Source: a virus
Lineage: Duplodnaviria > Caudoviricetes
Virus record (IMG/VR): IMGVR_UViG_3300025327_000654
Span: 1 to 25,440 of that record
Strand: one strand, 5' to 3'
Length of the DNA stretch: 25,440 nt
The position numbers were made by a program, and so were the translations under genes. The notes under the pieces are model-generated. The model saw nothing but the letters and a program-made list of their open reading frames with translations, was not told the origin of the DNA and searched no databases. Below are positions 24,723-25,440 of the stretch, in pieces (position 1 is the stretch's first letter; the number at the start of each line of letters is the position of its first letter).

Positions 24723-25440
24723 ATTGAACACCATTGTCGTTTTCCCCGTCATTCCCGATTACATCGAGAAGTTTCTCCAGACCCTGCATGAGTTTACCCC
24801 TCCCAACTTTCAAGTGATTGTTGTCGACCAGACAAAAGACGGTATATACGACGTGGTCAAAAGGTTTAACCCCGAAGTTTATATACGGGTCTACCGAAAC
24901 ATGGGTTTTTCCAAGGCTGCCAACATGGGGGCGAAACTAGCGACCACGAAATATGTGACCATTGCCAACGACGATATCGAGTTCATCAATATGAAATGGT
25001 GGCAGGGAATTGAGGATACGTTTGCCCAGGCCGACAATATCATCGCCGTTAATCCCAACTCACCCAAGCTGGCTATGTGGGGATATGGGTGTGACCACTA
25101 CACCCGATTTGAGATTCTTGACCAGGAAAGCTGTAAAACCGAGGCCGGTTATGATTATCTTATTAAAGGTGACTATTCTAATCACGAGAACGCTACTTTG
25201 GTGGACAAGGGAGAAGTCAAGCCGATTCCCAAGAGTTTTCCTTTGAAGCAGGCCGGAGTGGTAGATGGTATCGCCACCTGGTTCACCGTTTTTGATCGGG
25301 AAAGGTACTGGAAACTGGGTGGGTTTGAGGAGAAGTATTATCCCGGTGGTGGAGAAGACCACGACATCTGCGCCCGTGCCTACAGTAAGGGATACCGCAT
25401 GGTGGGGACTATGAAATCCTGGGTTTGGCATCACTGGTCG
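24715..25440 (+). CDS. Glycosyltransferase family 2, 3'-truncated by the window (not in ORF track)
   Basis: Hand translation MDKLNTIVVFPV..VIVVDQ..NMGFSKAANMG..IANDDIE..GGFEEKYYPGGGEDHD..VWHHWS; open to the window end. Confidence 0.9.
   Translation, partial: MDKLNTIVVFPVIPDYIEKFLQTLHEFTPPNFQVIVVDQTKDGIYDVVKRFNPEVYIRVYRNMGFSKAANMGAKLATTKYVTIANDDIEFINMKWWQGIEDTFAQADNIIAVNPNSPKLAMWGYGCDHYTRFEILDQESCKTEAGYDYLIKGDYSNHENATLVDKGEVKPIPKSFPLKQAGVVDGIATWFTVFDRERYWKLGGFEEKYYPGGGEDHDICARAYSKGYRMVGTMKSWVWHHWS

Noticed and set aside
10637-25440. Cluster as a DNA hypermodification system
   Set aside because: No hydroxymethylase, thymidylate synthase-like, TET/JBP, kinase or polymerase gene is visible; the cluster follows virion genes and the GT count exceeds known DNA glycosylation systems. 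Not fully excluded for individual GTs.
10637-25440. Cluster as O-antigen seroconversion or a host capsule locus
   Set aside because: No membrane proteins, flippase, polymerase or initiating phosphotransferase in the window, and no att site or integrase at the junction.
1340-25440. Stop-codon reassignment (alternative genetic code)
   Set aside because: Genes are full length under code 11, and TGA stops coincide with ATGA overlaps.

Overview
This window is part of a tailed dsDNA phage or prophage, with almost all genes on the + strand and TGA used as a stop codon. Positions ~0.86-9.2 kb hold a head/packaging module: terminase large subunit, P22-like portal, a lytic transglycosylase, an unannotated 34-aa Lys-rich peptide, scaffold, a C2H2 zinc-finger protein, a putative cement protein and the major capsid protein. 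Directly after the capsid gene are three paralogous small proteins, each a ~50-aa aromatic/Pro head domain plus a 40-91-aa almost pure Ser/Thr (mucin-like) tail, then a small beta-rich protein. A >14.8-kb tightly packed cluster follows and runs off the window end. It encodes 10 apparently soluble glycosyltransferases, a UDP-glucose dehydrogenase, a UDP-glucuronate decarboxylase-like SDR, a DegT aminotransferase, an NDP-sugar C-methyltransferase, two small SAM methyltransferases, a deacetylase-like protein and an HTH protein. No flippase, polymerase or other membrane component is visible. The best reading (inference) is a phage-encoded system that O-glycosylates mucin-like capsid fibres to give the virion a glycan coat. 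All family calls come from motif recognition by eye; no database searches were run.
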